From the human T2T-CHM13v2.0 reference genome, Homo sapiens, in assembly GCF_009914755.1 (NCBI RefSeq), contig NC_060935.1: 64,000 nucleotides of DNA, one strand, 5' to 3'. Under the pieces are notes generated by a model that worked only from the letters and a program-made list of their open reading frames with translations, did no database searches and was not told where the DNA came from. Shown in pieces: positions 40,901-54,510 of the stretch (position 1 is the first letter of the stretch; each line of letters opens with the position of its first letter). The translations under genes were made by a program, and so were the position numbers.

Positions 40901-43320
40901 TGGAAACGGGCTAAACTTCCCAGAACTACACGGAAGCATTCTGAGAAACTTCTTTGTGATGTTTGCATTCAACTCACAGAGTTGAACCTTGCTTTCATAG
41001 TTCAGCTTTCAAACACTCTTTTTGTAGAATCTGCAAGTGGATATTTGGACCACTTTGTGGCCTTCCTTCGAAACGGGTATATCTTCACATCAAACCTAGA
41101 CCGAAGCATTCTCAGAATGTTTCCTGTGATGACTGCATTCAACTCACAGAGGTGAACAATCCTGCTGATGGAGCAGTTTTGAAACTCTCTTTCTTTGGAT
41201 TCTGCAAGTGGATATGTGGACCTCTTTGAAGATTTCGTTGGAAACGGGTTTATCTTCACAGAAAAACTAAACAGAAGCATTCTCAGAAACTGCTTTGTGA
41301 TGTTTGTGTTCCACTTCAAGAATTGAACTTTCCTCTTGACAGAGCAGCTCTGAAACCCTCTTTTTCTAGAATCTGCAAGTGGACATTTGGAGGGCTTTTA
41401 GGCCTGTGGTGGAAAAGGAAAATCTTCACATAAAAACTAGATGGAAGCATTCTCAGAAACTACTTTGCGATGATTGCATTCGACTCACAGAGTTGAACAT
41501 TCCTATAGATAGAGCAGGTTGTAAACAATCTTTTTGTAGAATCTGCGATTGGAGATTTGGACTGCTTTGAGGCCTACTGTAGTAAAGGAAATAACTTCAT
41601 CTAAAAACCAAACGGAAGCATTCACAGAAAATTCTTAGTGATCATTGGATTGAACTAACAGAGCTGAACATTCCTTTAGATGGAGCAGTTTCCAAACACA
41701 CTTTCTGTAGAATCTGCAAGTGGATATTTGGACCTCTCTGAGGATTTCGTTGGAAAAGGGATAAACTTCCCAGAACTACACGGAAGCATTCTGAGAAAAT
41801 TCTTTGTGATGTTTGCATTCAACTCACAGAGTTGAACCTTGCTTTTATAGTTCAGCTTTCAAACACTCTTTTTGTAGGATCTGCAAGTGGATATTTCGAC
41901 CACATTGTGGCCTTCCTTCGAAACGGGTATATCTTCACATCAAACCTAGACAGAAGCATTCTCAGAATGTTTCCTGTGATGACTGCATTCAACTCACAGA
42001 GGTGAACAATCCTGCTGATGGACCAGTTTTGAAACTCTCTTTCTTTGGATTCTGCAAGTGGATATGTGGACCTCTGTGAAGATTTCCTTGGAAACGGGTT
42101 CATCTTCACAGAAAAACTAAACAGGAGCATTCTCAGAAACTGCTTTGTGATGTTTGTGTTCCACTTCAGGAATTGAACTTTCCTCTTGACAGAGCAGCTC
42201 TGAAACCCTCTTTTTCTAGAATCTGCAAGTGGACATTTGGAGGGCTTTGAGGCCTGTGGTGGAAAAGGAAAATCTTCACATAAAAACTAGATGGAAGCAT
42301 TCTCAGAAACTACTTTGTGATGGTTGCATTCGACTCACAGAGTTGAACATTCCTATAGATAGAGCAGGTTGAAAACAATCTTTTTGTGGAATCTGCGATT
42401 GGAGATTTGGACTGCTTTGAGGCCTACTGTAGTAAAGGAAATAACTTCATCTAAAAACCAAACGGAAGCATTCACAGACAATTCTTAGTGATCATTGGAT
42501 TGAACTAACAGAGCTGAACATTCCCTTAGATGGAGCAGTTTCCAAACACACTTTCTGTAGAATCTGGAAGTGGATATTTGGAGCTCTCTGAGGATTTCGT
42601 TGGAAACGGGCTAATCTTCCCAGAACTACACGGAAGCATTCTGAGAAACTTCTTTGTGATGTTTGCATTCAACTCACAGAGTTGAACCTTGCTTTCATAG
42701 TTCAGCTTTCAAACACTCTTTTTGTAGAATCTGCAAGTGGATATTTGGACCACTTTGTGGCCTTCCTTCGAAACGGGTATATCTTCACATCAAACCTAGA
42801 CAGAAGCATTCTCAAAATGTTTCCTGTGATGACTGCATTCAACTCACAGAGGTGAACAATCCTGCTGATGGAGCAGTTTTGAAACTCTCTTTCTTTGGAT
42901 TCTGCAAGTGGATATGTGGACCTCTGTGAAGATTTCGTTGGAAACAGGTTCATCTTCACAGAAAAACTAAACAGGAGCATTCTCAGAAACTGCTTTGTGA
43001 TGTTTGTGTTCCACTTCAGGAATTGAACTTTCCTCTTGACAGAGCTGCTCTGAAACCCTCTTTTTCTAGAATCTGCATGTGGACATTTGGAGGGCTTTGA
43101 GGCCTGTGGTGGAAAAGGAAAATCTTCACATGAAAACTAGATGGAAGCATTCTCAGAAACTACTTTGTGATGATTGCATTCGACTCACAGAGTTGTACAT
43201 TCCTATAGATAGAGCAGGTTGTAAACAATCTTTTTGTAGAATCTGCGATTGGAGATTTGGACTGCTTTGAGGACTACTGTAGTAAAGGAAATAACTTCAT
43301 CTAAAAACCAAACGGAAGCA
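29000..43320 (+). repeat. Duplicated ~5-HOR block, ~29.0-33.1 kb and ~39.2-43.3 kb, offset 10199 bp
   Basis: Shared variants: caacacacagaggttaac ~29241/39440, tggaatagga 30361/40560, gaatatgc 30661/40860, acctctttga 31021/41220, ctttttgtgg 32181/42380, tctcaaaatg 32611/42810, aggactactg 33071/43270. Confidence 0.85.
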
Positions 43321-46300
43321 TTAACAGACAATTCTTAGTGATCATTGGATTGAACTAACAGAGCTGAACATTCCTTTAGATGGAGCAGTTTCCAAACACA
43401 CTTTCTGTAGAATCTGGAAGTGGATATTTGGACCTCTCTGAGGATTTCGTTGGAAACAGGCTAATCTTCCCAGAACTACACGGAAGCATTCTGAGAAACT
43501 TCTTTGTGATGTTTGCATTCAACACACAGAGTTGAACCTTGCTTTCATAGTTCAGCTTTCAAACACTCTTTTGTAGAATCTGCAAGTGGATATTTGGACC
43601 ACTTTGTGGCCTTCCTTCGAAACGGGTATATCTTCACATCAAACCTAGACAGAAGCATTCTCAGAATGTTTCCTGTGATGACTGCATTCAACTCACAGAG
43701 GTGAACAATCCTGCTGATGGAGTAGTTTTGAAACTCTCTTTCTTTGGATTCTGCAAGTGGATATGTGGACCTCTGTGAAGATTTCGTTGGAAACAGGTTC
43801 ATCTTCACAGAAAAACTAAACAGGAGCATTCTCAGAAACTGCTTTGTGATGTTTGTGTTCCACTTCAGGAATTGAACTTTCCTCTTGGCAGAGCAGCTCT
43901 GAAACCCTCTTTTTCTAGAATCTGCATGTGGACATTTGGAGGGCTTTGAGGCCTGTGGTGGAAAAGGAAAATCTTCACATAAAAACTAGATGGAAGAATT
44001 CTCAGAAACTACTTTGTGATGATTGCATTCGACTCACAGAGTTGTACATTCCTATAGATAGAGCAGGTTGTAAACAATCTTTTTGTAGAATCTGCGATTG
44101 GAGATTTGGACTGCTTTGAGGCCTACTGTAGTAAAGGAAATAACTTCATCTAAAAACCAAACGGAAGCATTCACAGACAATTCTTAGTGATCATTGGTTT
44201 GAAATAACTGAGCTGAACATTCCTTTAGATGGCGCAGTTTCCAAACACACTTTCTGTAGAATCTGCAAGTGGATATTTGGACCTCTCTGAGGATTTCGTT
44301 GGAAACGGGATAAACTTCCCAGAACTACACGGAAGCATTCTGAGAATCTTCTTTGTGATGTTTGCATTCAACTCACAGAGTTGAATCTTGCTTTCATAGT
44401 TCAGCTTTGAAACACTCTTTTTGAAGAATCTGCAAGTGGATATTAGGACCACTTTGTGGCCTTCCTTCGAAACGGGTATATCTTCACATCAATCCTAGAC
44501 AGAAGCATTCTCAGAATGTTTCCTGTGATGACTGCATTCAACTCACAGAGGTGAACAATCCTGCTGATGGAGCAGTTTTGAAACTCTCTTTCTTTGGATT
44601 CTGCAAGTGGATATGTGGACCTCTGTGAAGATTTCGTTGGAAACGGGTTCATCTTCACAGAAAAACTAAACAGGAGCATTCTCAGAAACTGCTTTGTGAT
44701 GTTTGTGTTCCACTTCAGGAATTGAACTTTCCTCTTGAGAGAGCAGCTCTGAATCCCTCTTTTTCTAGAATCTGCAAGTGGACATTTGGAAGGCTTTGAG
44801 GCCTGTGGTGGAAAAGGAAACTCTTCACATAAAAACTAGATGGAAGAATTCTCAGAAACTACTTTGTGATGATTGCATTCGACTCACAGAGGTGAACATT
44901 CCTATAGATAGAGCAGGTTGTAAACAATCTTTTTGTAGAATCTGCGATTGGAGATTTGGACTGCTTTGAGGCCTACTGTAGTCAAGGAAATAACTTCATC
45001 TAAAAATCAAACGGAAGCATTCACAGACAATTCTTAGTGATCATTGGATTGAACTAACAGAGCTGAACATTCCTTTACATGGCGCAGTTTCCAAACACAC
45101 TTTCTGTAGAATCTGCAAGTGGATATTTGGACCTCTCTGAGGATTTCGTTGGAAACGGTCTAAACTTCCCAGAACTACACGGAAGTATTCTGAGAAACTT
45201 CTTTGTGATGTTTGCATTCAACTCACAGGGTTGAACCTTGCTTTCATATTTCAGCTTTCAAACACTCTTTTTGTAGAATCTGCAAGTGGATATTTGGACC
45301 ACTTTGTGGCCTTCCTTCGAAACGGGTATATCTTCACATCAAACCTAGACAGAAGCATTCTCAGAATGTTTCCTGTGATGACTGCATTCAACTCACAGAG
45401 GTGAACAATCCTGCTGATGGAGCAGTTTTGAAACTCTCTTTCTTTGGATTCTGCAAGTGGATATGTGGACCTCTGTGAAGATTTCGTTGGAAACGGGTTT
45501 ATCTTCACAGAAAAACTAAACAGAAGCATTCTCAGAAACTGCTTTGTGATGTTTGTGTTCCACTTCAAGAATTGAACTTTCCTCTTGACAGAGCAGCTCT
45601 GAAACCCTCTTTTTCTAGAATCTGCAAGTGGACATTTGGAGGGCTTTTAGGCCTGTGGTGGAAAAGGAAAATATTCACATAAAAACTAGATGGAAGCATT
45701 CTCAGAAACTACTTTGCGATGATTGCATTCGACTCACAGAGTTGAACATTCCTATAGATAGAGCAGGTTGTAAACAATCTTTTTGTAGAATCTGCGATTG
45801 GAGATTTGGACTGCTTTGAGGCCTACTGTAGTAAAGGAAATAACTTCATCTAAAAACCAAACGGAAGCATTCACAGAAAATTCTTAGTGATCATTGGATT
45901 GAACTAACAGAGCTGAATATTCCTTTAGATGGAGCAGTTTCCAAACACACTTTCTGTAGAATCTGCAAGTGGATATTTGGACCTCTCTGAGGATTTCGTT
46001 GGAAAAGGGATAAACTTCCCAGAACTACACGGAAGCATTCTGAGAAAATTCTTTGTGATGTTTGCATTCAACTCACAGAGTTGAACCTTGCTTTTATAGT
46101 TCAGCTTTCAAACACTCTTTTTGTAGGATCTGCAAGTGGATATTTCGACCACATTGTGGCCTTCCTTCGAAACGGGTATATCTTCACATCAAACCTAGAC
46201 AGAAGCATTCTCAGAATGTTTCCTGTGATGACTGCATTCAACTCACAGAGGTGAACAATCCTGCTGATGGAGCAGTTTTGAAACTCTCTTTCTTTGGATT

Positions 46301-46450
46301 CTGCAAGTGGATATGTGGACCTCTGTGAAGATTTCCTTGGAAACGGGTTCATCTTCACAGAAAAACTAAACAGGATCATTCTCAGAAACTGCTTTGTGAT
46401 GTTTGTGTTCCACTTCAGGAATTGAACTTTCCTCTTGAGAGAGCAGCTCT
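35750..46450 (+). repeat. Duplicated ~3.5-HOR block, ~35.75-38.8 kb and ~43.4-46.45 kb, offset 7649 bp
   Basis: Shared 1-bp deletion (~35921/43570), cttggcag ~36235/43884, tttgaagaat 36771/44420, caatcctaga 36841/44490, ctaaaaatca 37351/45000, ttcctttaca 37421/45070, aaacggtcta ~37504/45153. Confidence 0.85.
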
Positions 46451-49410
46451 GAAACCCTCTTTTTCTAGAATCTGCAAGTGGACATTTGGAGGGCTTTGAG
46501 GCCTGTGGTGGAAAAGGAAACTCTTCACATAAAAACTAGATGGAAGCATTCTCAGAAACTACTTTGTGATGATTGCATTCGACTCACAGAGTTGAACATT
46601 GCTATAGATAGAGCAGGTTGTAAACAATCTTTTTGTAAAATCTGTGATTGGAGATTTGGACTGCTTTGAGGCCTACTGTAGTAAAGGAAATAACTTCATC
46701 TAAAAACCAAACGGAAGCATTCACAGACAATTCTTAGTGATCATTGGATTGAACTAACAGAGCTAAACATTCCTTTAGATGGCGCAGTTTCCAAACACAC
46801 TTTCTGTAGAATCTGCAACTGGATATTTGGACCTCTCTGAGGATTTCTTTGGAAACGGGATAAACTTCCCAGAACTACACGGAAGTATTCTGAGAAACTT
46901 CTTTGTGATGTTTGCATTCAACTCACAGAGTTGAACCTTGCTTTCATAGTTCAGCTTTCAAACACTCTTTTTGTAGAATCTGCAAGTGTATATTTGGACC
47001 ACTTTGTGGCCTTCCTTCGAAACGGGTATATCTTCACATCAAACCTAGACAGAAGCATTCTCAGAATGTTTCCTGTGATGACTGCATTCAACTCACAGAG
47101 GTGAACAATCCTGCTGATGGACCAGTTTTGAAACTCTCTTTCTTTGAATTCTGCAAGTGGATATGTGGACCTCTGTGAAGATTTCGTTGGAAACGGGTTC
47201 ATCTTCACAGAAAAACTAAGCAGGAGCATTCTCAGAAACTGCTTTGTGATGTTTGTGTTCCACTTCAGGAATTGAACTTTCCTCTTGAAAGAGCAGCTCT
47301 GAAACCCTCTTTTTCTAGAATCTGCAAGTGGACATTTGGAGGGCTTTGAGGCCTGTGGTGGAAAAGGAAACTCTTCACATAAAAACTAGATGGAAGCATT
47401 CTCAGAAACTACTTTGTGATGATTGCATTCGACTCACAGAGTTGAACATTCCTATAGATAGAGCAGGTTGTAAACAATCTTTTTGTAGAATCTGCGATTG
47501 GAGATTTCGACTGCTTTGAGGCCTACTGTAGTCAAGGAAATAACTTCATCTAAAAATCAAACGGAAGCATTCACAGACAATTCTTAGTGATCATTGGATT
47601 GAACTAACAGAGCTGAACATTCCTTTACATGGCGCAGTTTCCAAACACACTTTCTGTAGAATCTGCAAGTGGATATTTGGACCTCTCTGAGGATTTCGTT
47701 GGAAACGGTCTAAACTTCCCAGAACTACACGGAAGTATTCTGAGAAACTTCTTTGTGATGTTTGCATTCAACTCACAGGGTTGAACCTTGCTTTCATATT
47801 TCAGCTTTCAAACACTCTTTTTGTAGAATCTGCAAGTGGATATTTGGACCACTTTGTGGCCTTCCTTCGAAACGGGTATATCTTCACATCAAACCTAGAC
47901 AGAAGCATTCTCAGAATGTTTCCTGTGATGACTGCATTCAACTCACAGAGGTGAACAATCCCGCTGATGGAGCAGTTTTGAAACTCTCTTTCTTTGGATT
48001 CTGCAAGTGGATATGTGGACCTCTGTGAAGATTTCGTTGGAAACGGGTTTATCTTCACAGAAAAACTAAACAGAAGCATTCTCAGAAACTGCTTTGTGAT
48101 GTTTGTGTTCCACTTCAAGAATTGAACTTTCCTCTTGACAGAGCAGCTCTGAAACCCTCTTTTTCTAGAATCTGCAAGTGGACATTTGGAGGGCTTTTAG
48201 GCCTGTGGTGGAAAAGGAAAATATTCACATAAAAACTAGATGGAAGCATTCTCAGAAACTACTTTGCGATGATTGCATTCGACTCACAGAGTTGAACATT
48301 CCTATAGATAGAGCAGGTTGTAAACAATCTTTTTGTAGAATCTGCGATTGGAGATTTGGACTGCTTTGAGGCCTACTGTAGTAAAGGAAATAACTTCATC
48401 TAAAAACCAAACGGAAGCATTCACAGAAAATTCTTAGTGATCATTGGATTGAACTAACAGAGCTGAATATTCCTTTAGATGGAGCAGTTTCCAAACACAC
48501 TTTCTGTAGAATCTGCAAGTGGATATTTGGACCTCTCTGAGGATTTCGTTGGAAAAGGGATAAACTTCCCAGAACTACACGGAAGCATTCTGAGAAAATT
48601 CTTTGTGATGTTTGCATTCAACTCACAGAGTTGAACCTTGCTTTTATAGTTCAGCTTTCAAACACTCTTTTTGTAGGATCTGCAAGTGGATATTTCGACC
48701 ACATTGTGGCCTTCCTTCGAAACGGGTATATCTTCACATCAAACCTAGACAGAAGCATTCTCAGAATGTTTCCTGTGATGACTGCATTCAACTCACAGAG
48801 GTGAACAATCCTGCTGATGGAGCAGTTTTGAAACTCTCTTTCTTTGGATTCTGCAAGTGGATATGTGGACCTCTGTGAAGATTTCCTTGGAAACGGGTTC
48901 ATCTTCACAGAAAAACTAAACAGGATCATTCTCAGAAACTGCTTTGTGATGTTTGTGTTCCACTTCAGGAATTGAACTTTCCTCTTGAGAGAGCAGCTCT
49001 GAAACCCTCTTTTTCTAGAATCTGCAAGTGGACATTTGGAGGGCTTTGAGGCCTGTGGTGGAAAAGGAAACTCTTCACATAAAAACTAGATGGAAGCATT
49101 CTCAGAAACTACTTTGTGATGATTGCATTCGACTCACAGAGTTGAACATTGCTATAGATAGAGCAGGTTGTAAACAATCTTTTTGTAAAATCTGTGATTG
49201 GAGATTTGGACTGCTTTGAGGCCTACTGTAGTAAAGGAAATAACTTCATCTAAAAACCAAACGGAAGCATTCACAGACAATTCTTAGTGATCATTGGATT
49301 GAACTAACAGAGCTAAACATTCCTTTAGATGGCGCAGTTTCCAAACACACTTTCTGTAGAATCTGCAACTGGATATTTGGACCTCTCTGAGGATTTCTTT
49401 GGAAACGGGC
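44980..49410 (+). repeat. Duplication with a 3-HOR period (2550 bp)
   Basis: Shared at +2550: taaaaatcaa 45001/47551, atattcacat 45671/48221, agctgaatat 45911/48461, caggatcatt 46371/48921, gctatagata 46601/49151, ggatttcttt 46841/49391. Confidence 0.88.
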
Positions 49411-52400
49411 TAAACTTCCCAGAACTACACGGAAGCATTCTGAGAAACTTCTTTGTGATGTTTGCATTCAACTCACAGAGTTGAACCTTGCTTTCATAGT
49501 TCAGCTTTCAAACACTCTTTTTGTAGAATCTGCAAGTGGATATTTGGACCACTTTTTGGCCTTCCTTCGAAACGGGTATATCTTCACATCAAACCTAGAC
49601 AGAAGCATTCTCAGAATGTTTCCTGTGATGACTGCATTCAACTCACAGAGGTGAACAATCCTGCTGATGGAGCAGTTTTGAAACTCTCTTTCTTTGGATT
49701 CTGCAAGTGGATATGTGGACCTCTGTCAAGATTTCGTTGGAAACGGGTTCATCTTCATAGAAAAACTAAACAGGAGCATTCTCAGAAACTGCTTTGTGAT
49801 GTTTGTGTTCCACTTCAGGAATTGAACTTTCCTCTTGACAGAGCAGCTCTGAAACCCTCTTTTTCTAGAATCTGCAAGTGGACATTTGGAGGGCTTTGAG
49901 GCCTGTGGTGGAAAAGGAAAATCTTCACATAAAAACTAGATGGAAGCATACTCAGAAACTACTTTGTGATGATTGCATTCGACTCACAGAGTTGAACATT
50001 CCTATAGATAGAGCAGGTTGTAAACAATCTTTTTGTAGAATCTGCGATTGGAGATTTGGACTGCTTTGAGGCCTACTGTAATAAAGGAAATAACTTCATC
50101 TAAAAACCAAACGGAAGCATTCACAGACAATTCTTAGTGATCATTGGATTGAACTAACAGAGCAGAACATTCCTTTAGATGGCGCAGTTTCCAAACACAC
50201 TTTCTGTAGAATCTGCCACTGGATATTTGGACCTCTCTGAGGATTTCGTTGGAAACGGGCTAAACTTCCCAGAACTACACGGAAGCATTCTGAGAAACTT
50301 CTTTGTGATGTTTGCATTCAACTCACAGAGTGGAAACTTGCTTTCATAGTTCAGCTTTCAAACACTCTTTTTGTAGAATCTGCAAGTGGATATTTGGACC
50401 ACTTTGTGGCCTTCCTTCGAAACGGGTATATCTTCACATCAAACCTAGACAGAAACATTCTCAGAATGTTTTCTGTGATGACTGCATTCAACTCACAGAG
50501 GTGAACAATCCTGCTGATGGACCAGTTTTGAAACTCTCTTTCTTTGTATTCTGCAAGTGGATATGTGGACCTCTGTGAACATTTCGTTGGAAACGGGTTC
50601 ATCTTCACAGAAAAAAAAAGCAGGAGCATTCTCAGAAACTGCTTTGTGATGTTTGTGTTCCACTTCAGGAATTGAACTTTCCTCTTGACAGAGCAGCTCT
50701 GAAACCCTCTTTTTCTAGAATCTGCAAGTGGACATTTGGAGGGCTTTGAGGCCTGTGGTGGAAAAGGAAAATCTTCACATAAAAACTAGATGGATGCATT
50801 CTCAGAAACTACTTTGTGATGATTGCATTCGACTCACAGAGTTGAACATTCCTATAGATAGAGCAGGTTGTAAACAATCTTTTTGTAGAATCTGCGATTG
50901 GAGATTTGGACTGCTTTGAGGCCTACTGTAGTAAAGGAAATAACTTCATCTAAAAACCAAACGGAAGCATTCACAGACAATTCTTAGTGATCATTGGATT
51001 GAACTAACAGAGCTGAACATTCCTTTAGATGGAGCAGTTTCCAAACACACTTTCTGTAGAATCTGCAAGTGGATATTTGGACCTCTCTGAGGATTTCGTT
51101 GGAAAAGGGATAAACTTCCCAGAACTACATGGAAGCATTCTGAGAAACTTCTTTGTGATGTTTGCATTCAACTCACAGAGTTGAAACTTGCTTTCATGGT
51201 TCAGCTTTCAAACACTCTTTTTGTAGAATCTGCAAGTGGATATTTGGACCACTTTGTGGCCTTCCTTCGAAACGGGTATATCTTCACATCAAACCTTGAC
51301 AGAAGCATTCTCAGAATGTTTCCTGTGATGACTGCATTCAACTCACAGAGGTGAACAATCCTGCTGATGGAGCAGTTTTGAAACTCTCTTTCTTTGGATT
51401 CTGCAAGTGGATATGTGGACCTCTGTGAAGATTTCGTTGGAAACGGGTTCATCTTCACAGAAAAACTAAACAGGAGCATTCTCAGAAACTGCTTTGTGAT
51501 GTTTGTGTTCCACTTCAGGAATTGAACTTTCCTCTTGACAGAGCAGCTCTGAAACCCTCTTTTTCTAGAATCTGCATGTGGACATTTGGAGGGCTTTGAG
51601 GCCTGTGGTGGAAAAGGAAAATCTTCACATAAAAACTAGATGGAATCATTCTCAGAAACTACTTTGTGATGATTGCATTCGACTCACAGAGGTGAACATT
51701 CCTATAGATAGAGCAGGTTGTAAACAATCTTTTTGTAGAATCTGCGATTGGAGATTTGGACTGCTTTGAGGCCTACTGTAGTAAAGGAAATAACTTCATC
51801 TAAAAACCAAACGGAAGCATTCACAGACAATTCTTAGTGATCATTGGATTGAACTAACAGAGCTGAACATTCCTTTAGATGGCGCAGTTTCCAAACACAC
51901 TTTCTGTAGAATCTGCAAGTGGATATTTGGACCTCTCTGAGGATTTCGTTGGAAACGGGATAAACTTCCCAGAACTACACGGAAGCATTCTGAGAAACTT
52001 CTTTGTGATGTTTGCATTCAACTCACAGAGTTGAAACTTGCTTTCATAGTTCAGCTTTGAAACACTCTTTTTGTAGAATCTGCAAGTGGATATTAGGACC
52101 ACTTTGTGGCCTTCCTTCGAAACGGGTATATCTTCACATCAAACCTAGACAGAAGCATTCTCAGAATGTTTCCTGTGATGACTGCATTCAACTCACAGAG
52201 GTGAACAATCCTGCTGATGGACCAGTTTTGAAACTCTCTTTCTTTGGATTCTGCAAGTGGATATGTGGAGCTCTGTGAAGATTTCGTTGGAAACGGGTTC
52301 ATCTTCACAGAAAAACTAAACAGGAGCATTCTCAGAAACTGCTTTGTGATGTTTGTGTTCCACTTCAGGAATTGAACTTTCCTCTTGACAGAGCAGCTCT

Positions 52401-53199
52401 GAAACCCTCTTTTTCTAGAATCTGCAAGTGGACATTTGGAGGGCTTTGAGGCCTGTGGTGGAAAAGGAAAATCTTCACATAAAAACTAGATGGAATCATT
52501 CTCAGAAACTACTTTGTGATGATTGCATTCGACTCACAGAGGTGAACATTCCTATAGATAGAGCAGGTTGTAAACAATCTTTTGTAGAATCTGCGATTGG
52601 AGATTTGGACTGCTTTGAGGCCTACTGTAGTAAAGGAAATAACTTCATCTAAAAACCAAACGGAAGCATTCACAGACAATTCTTAGTGATCATTGGATTG
52701 AACTAACAGAGCTGAACATTCCTTTAGATGGCGCAGTTTCCAAACACACTTTCTGTAGAATCTGCCACTGGATATTTGGACCTCTCTGAGGATTTCGTTG
52801 GAAACGGGATAAACTTCCCAGAACTACACGGAAGCATTCTGAGAAACTTCTTTGTGATGTTTGCATTCAACTCACAGAGTTGAAACTTGCTTTCATAGTT
52901 CAGCTTTGAAACACTCTTTTTGTAGAATCTGCAAGTGGATATTAGGACCACATTGTGGCCTTCCTTCGAAACGGGTATATCTTCACATCAAACCTAGACA
53001 GAAGCATTCTCAGAATGTTTCCTGTGATGACTGCATTCAACTCACAGAGGTGAACAATCCTGCTGATGGAGCAGTTTTGAAACTCTCTTTCTTTGGATTC
53101 TGCAAGTGGATATGTGGACCTCTGTGAACATTTCGTTGGAAACGGGTTCATCTTCACAGAAAAACTAAACAGGAGCATTCTCAGAAACTGCTTTGTGAT

Positions 53200-54510
53200 G
53201 TTTGTGTTCCACTTCAGGAATTGAACTTTCCTCTTGACAGAACAGCTCCGAAACCCTCTTTTTCTAGAATCTGCAAGTGGACATTTGGAGGGCTTTGAGG
53301 CCTGTGGTGGAAAAGGAAAATCTTCACATAAAAACTAGATGGAAGCATTCTCAGAAACTACTTTGTGATGATTGCATTCGATTCACAGAGTTGAACATTC
53401 TTATAGATAGAGCAGGTTGTAAACAATCTTTTTGTAGAATCTGCGATTGGAGATTTGGACTGCTTTGAGGCCTACTGTAGTAAAGGAAATAACTTCATCT
53501 AAAAACCAAACGGAAGCATTCACAGACAATTCTTAGTGATCATTGGATTGAACTAACAGAGCTGAACATTCCTTTAGATGGCGCAGTTTCCAAACACACT
53601 TTCTGTAGAATCTGCCACTGGATATTTGGACCTCTCTGAGGATTTCGTTGGAAACGGGCTAAACTTCCCAGAAATACACGGAAGCATTTTGAGAAAGTTC
53701 TTTGTGATGTCTGCATTCAACCCACAGAGGTGAACCTTGCTTTCATAGTTCAGCTTTCAAACACTCTTTTTGTAGGATCTGCAAGTGGATATTTGGACCA
53801 CTTTGTATCCTTCCTTCGAAACGGGTATATCTTCACATCAAACCTAGACAGAAGCATTCTCAGAATGTTTCCTGTGATGACTGCATTCAACTCACAGAGG
53901 TGAACAATCCTGCTGATGGACCAGTTTTGAAACTCTCTTTCTTTGGATTCTGCAAGTGGATATGTGGACCTCTGTGAAGATTTCGTTGGAAACGGGTTCA
54001 TCTTCACAGAAAAACTAAACAGGAGCATTCTCAGAAACTGCTTTGTGATGTTTGTGTTCCACTTCAGGAATTGAACTTTCCTCTTGACAGAACAGCTCCG
54101 AAACCCTCTTTTTCTAGAATCTGCAAGTGGACATTTGGAGGGCTTTGAGGCCTGTGGTGGAAAAGGAAAATCTTCACATAAAAACTAGATGGAAGCATTC
54201 TCAGAAACTACTTTGTGATGATTGCATTCGATTCACAGAGTTGAACATTCTTATAGATAGAGCAGGTTGTAAACAATCTTTTTGTAGAATCTGCGATTGG
54301 AGATTTGGACTGCTTTGAGGCCTACTGTAGTAAAGGAAATAACTTCATCTAAAAACCAAACGGAAGCATTCACAGACAATTCTTAGTGATCATTGGATTG
54401 AACTAACAGAGCTGAACATTCCTTTAGATGGCGCAGTTTCCAAACACACTTTCTGTAGAATCTGCCACTGGATATTTGGACCTCTCTGAGGATTTCGTTG
54501 GAAACGGGCT
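53200..54510 (+). repeat. Adjacent-HOR duplication or conversion, period 850 bp
   Basis: The variants aacagctccg (53241/54091), cattcgattcac (~53375/54225) and cattcttatag (~53396/54246) were seen only in these two neighbouring units. Confidence 0.8.
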
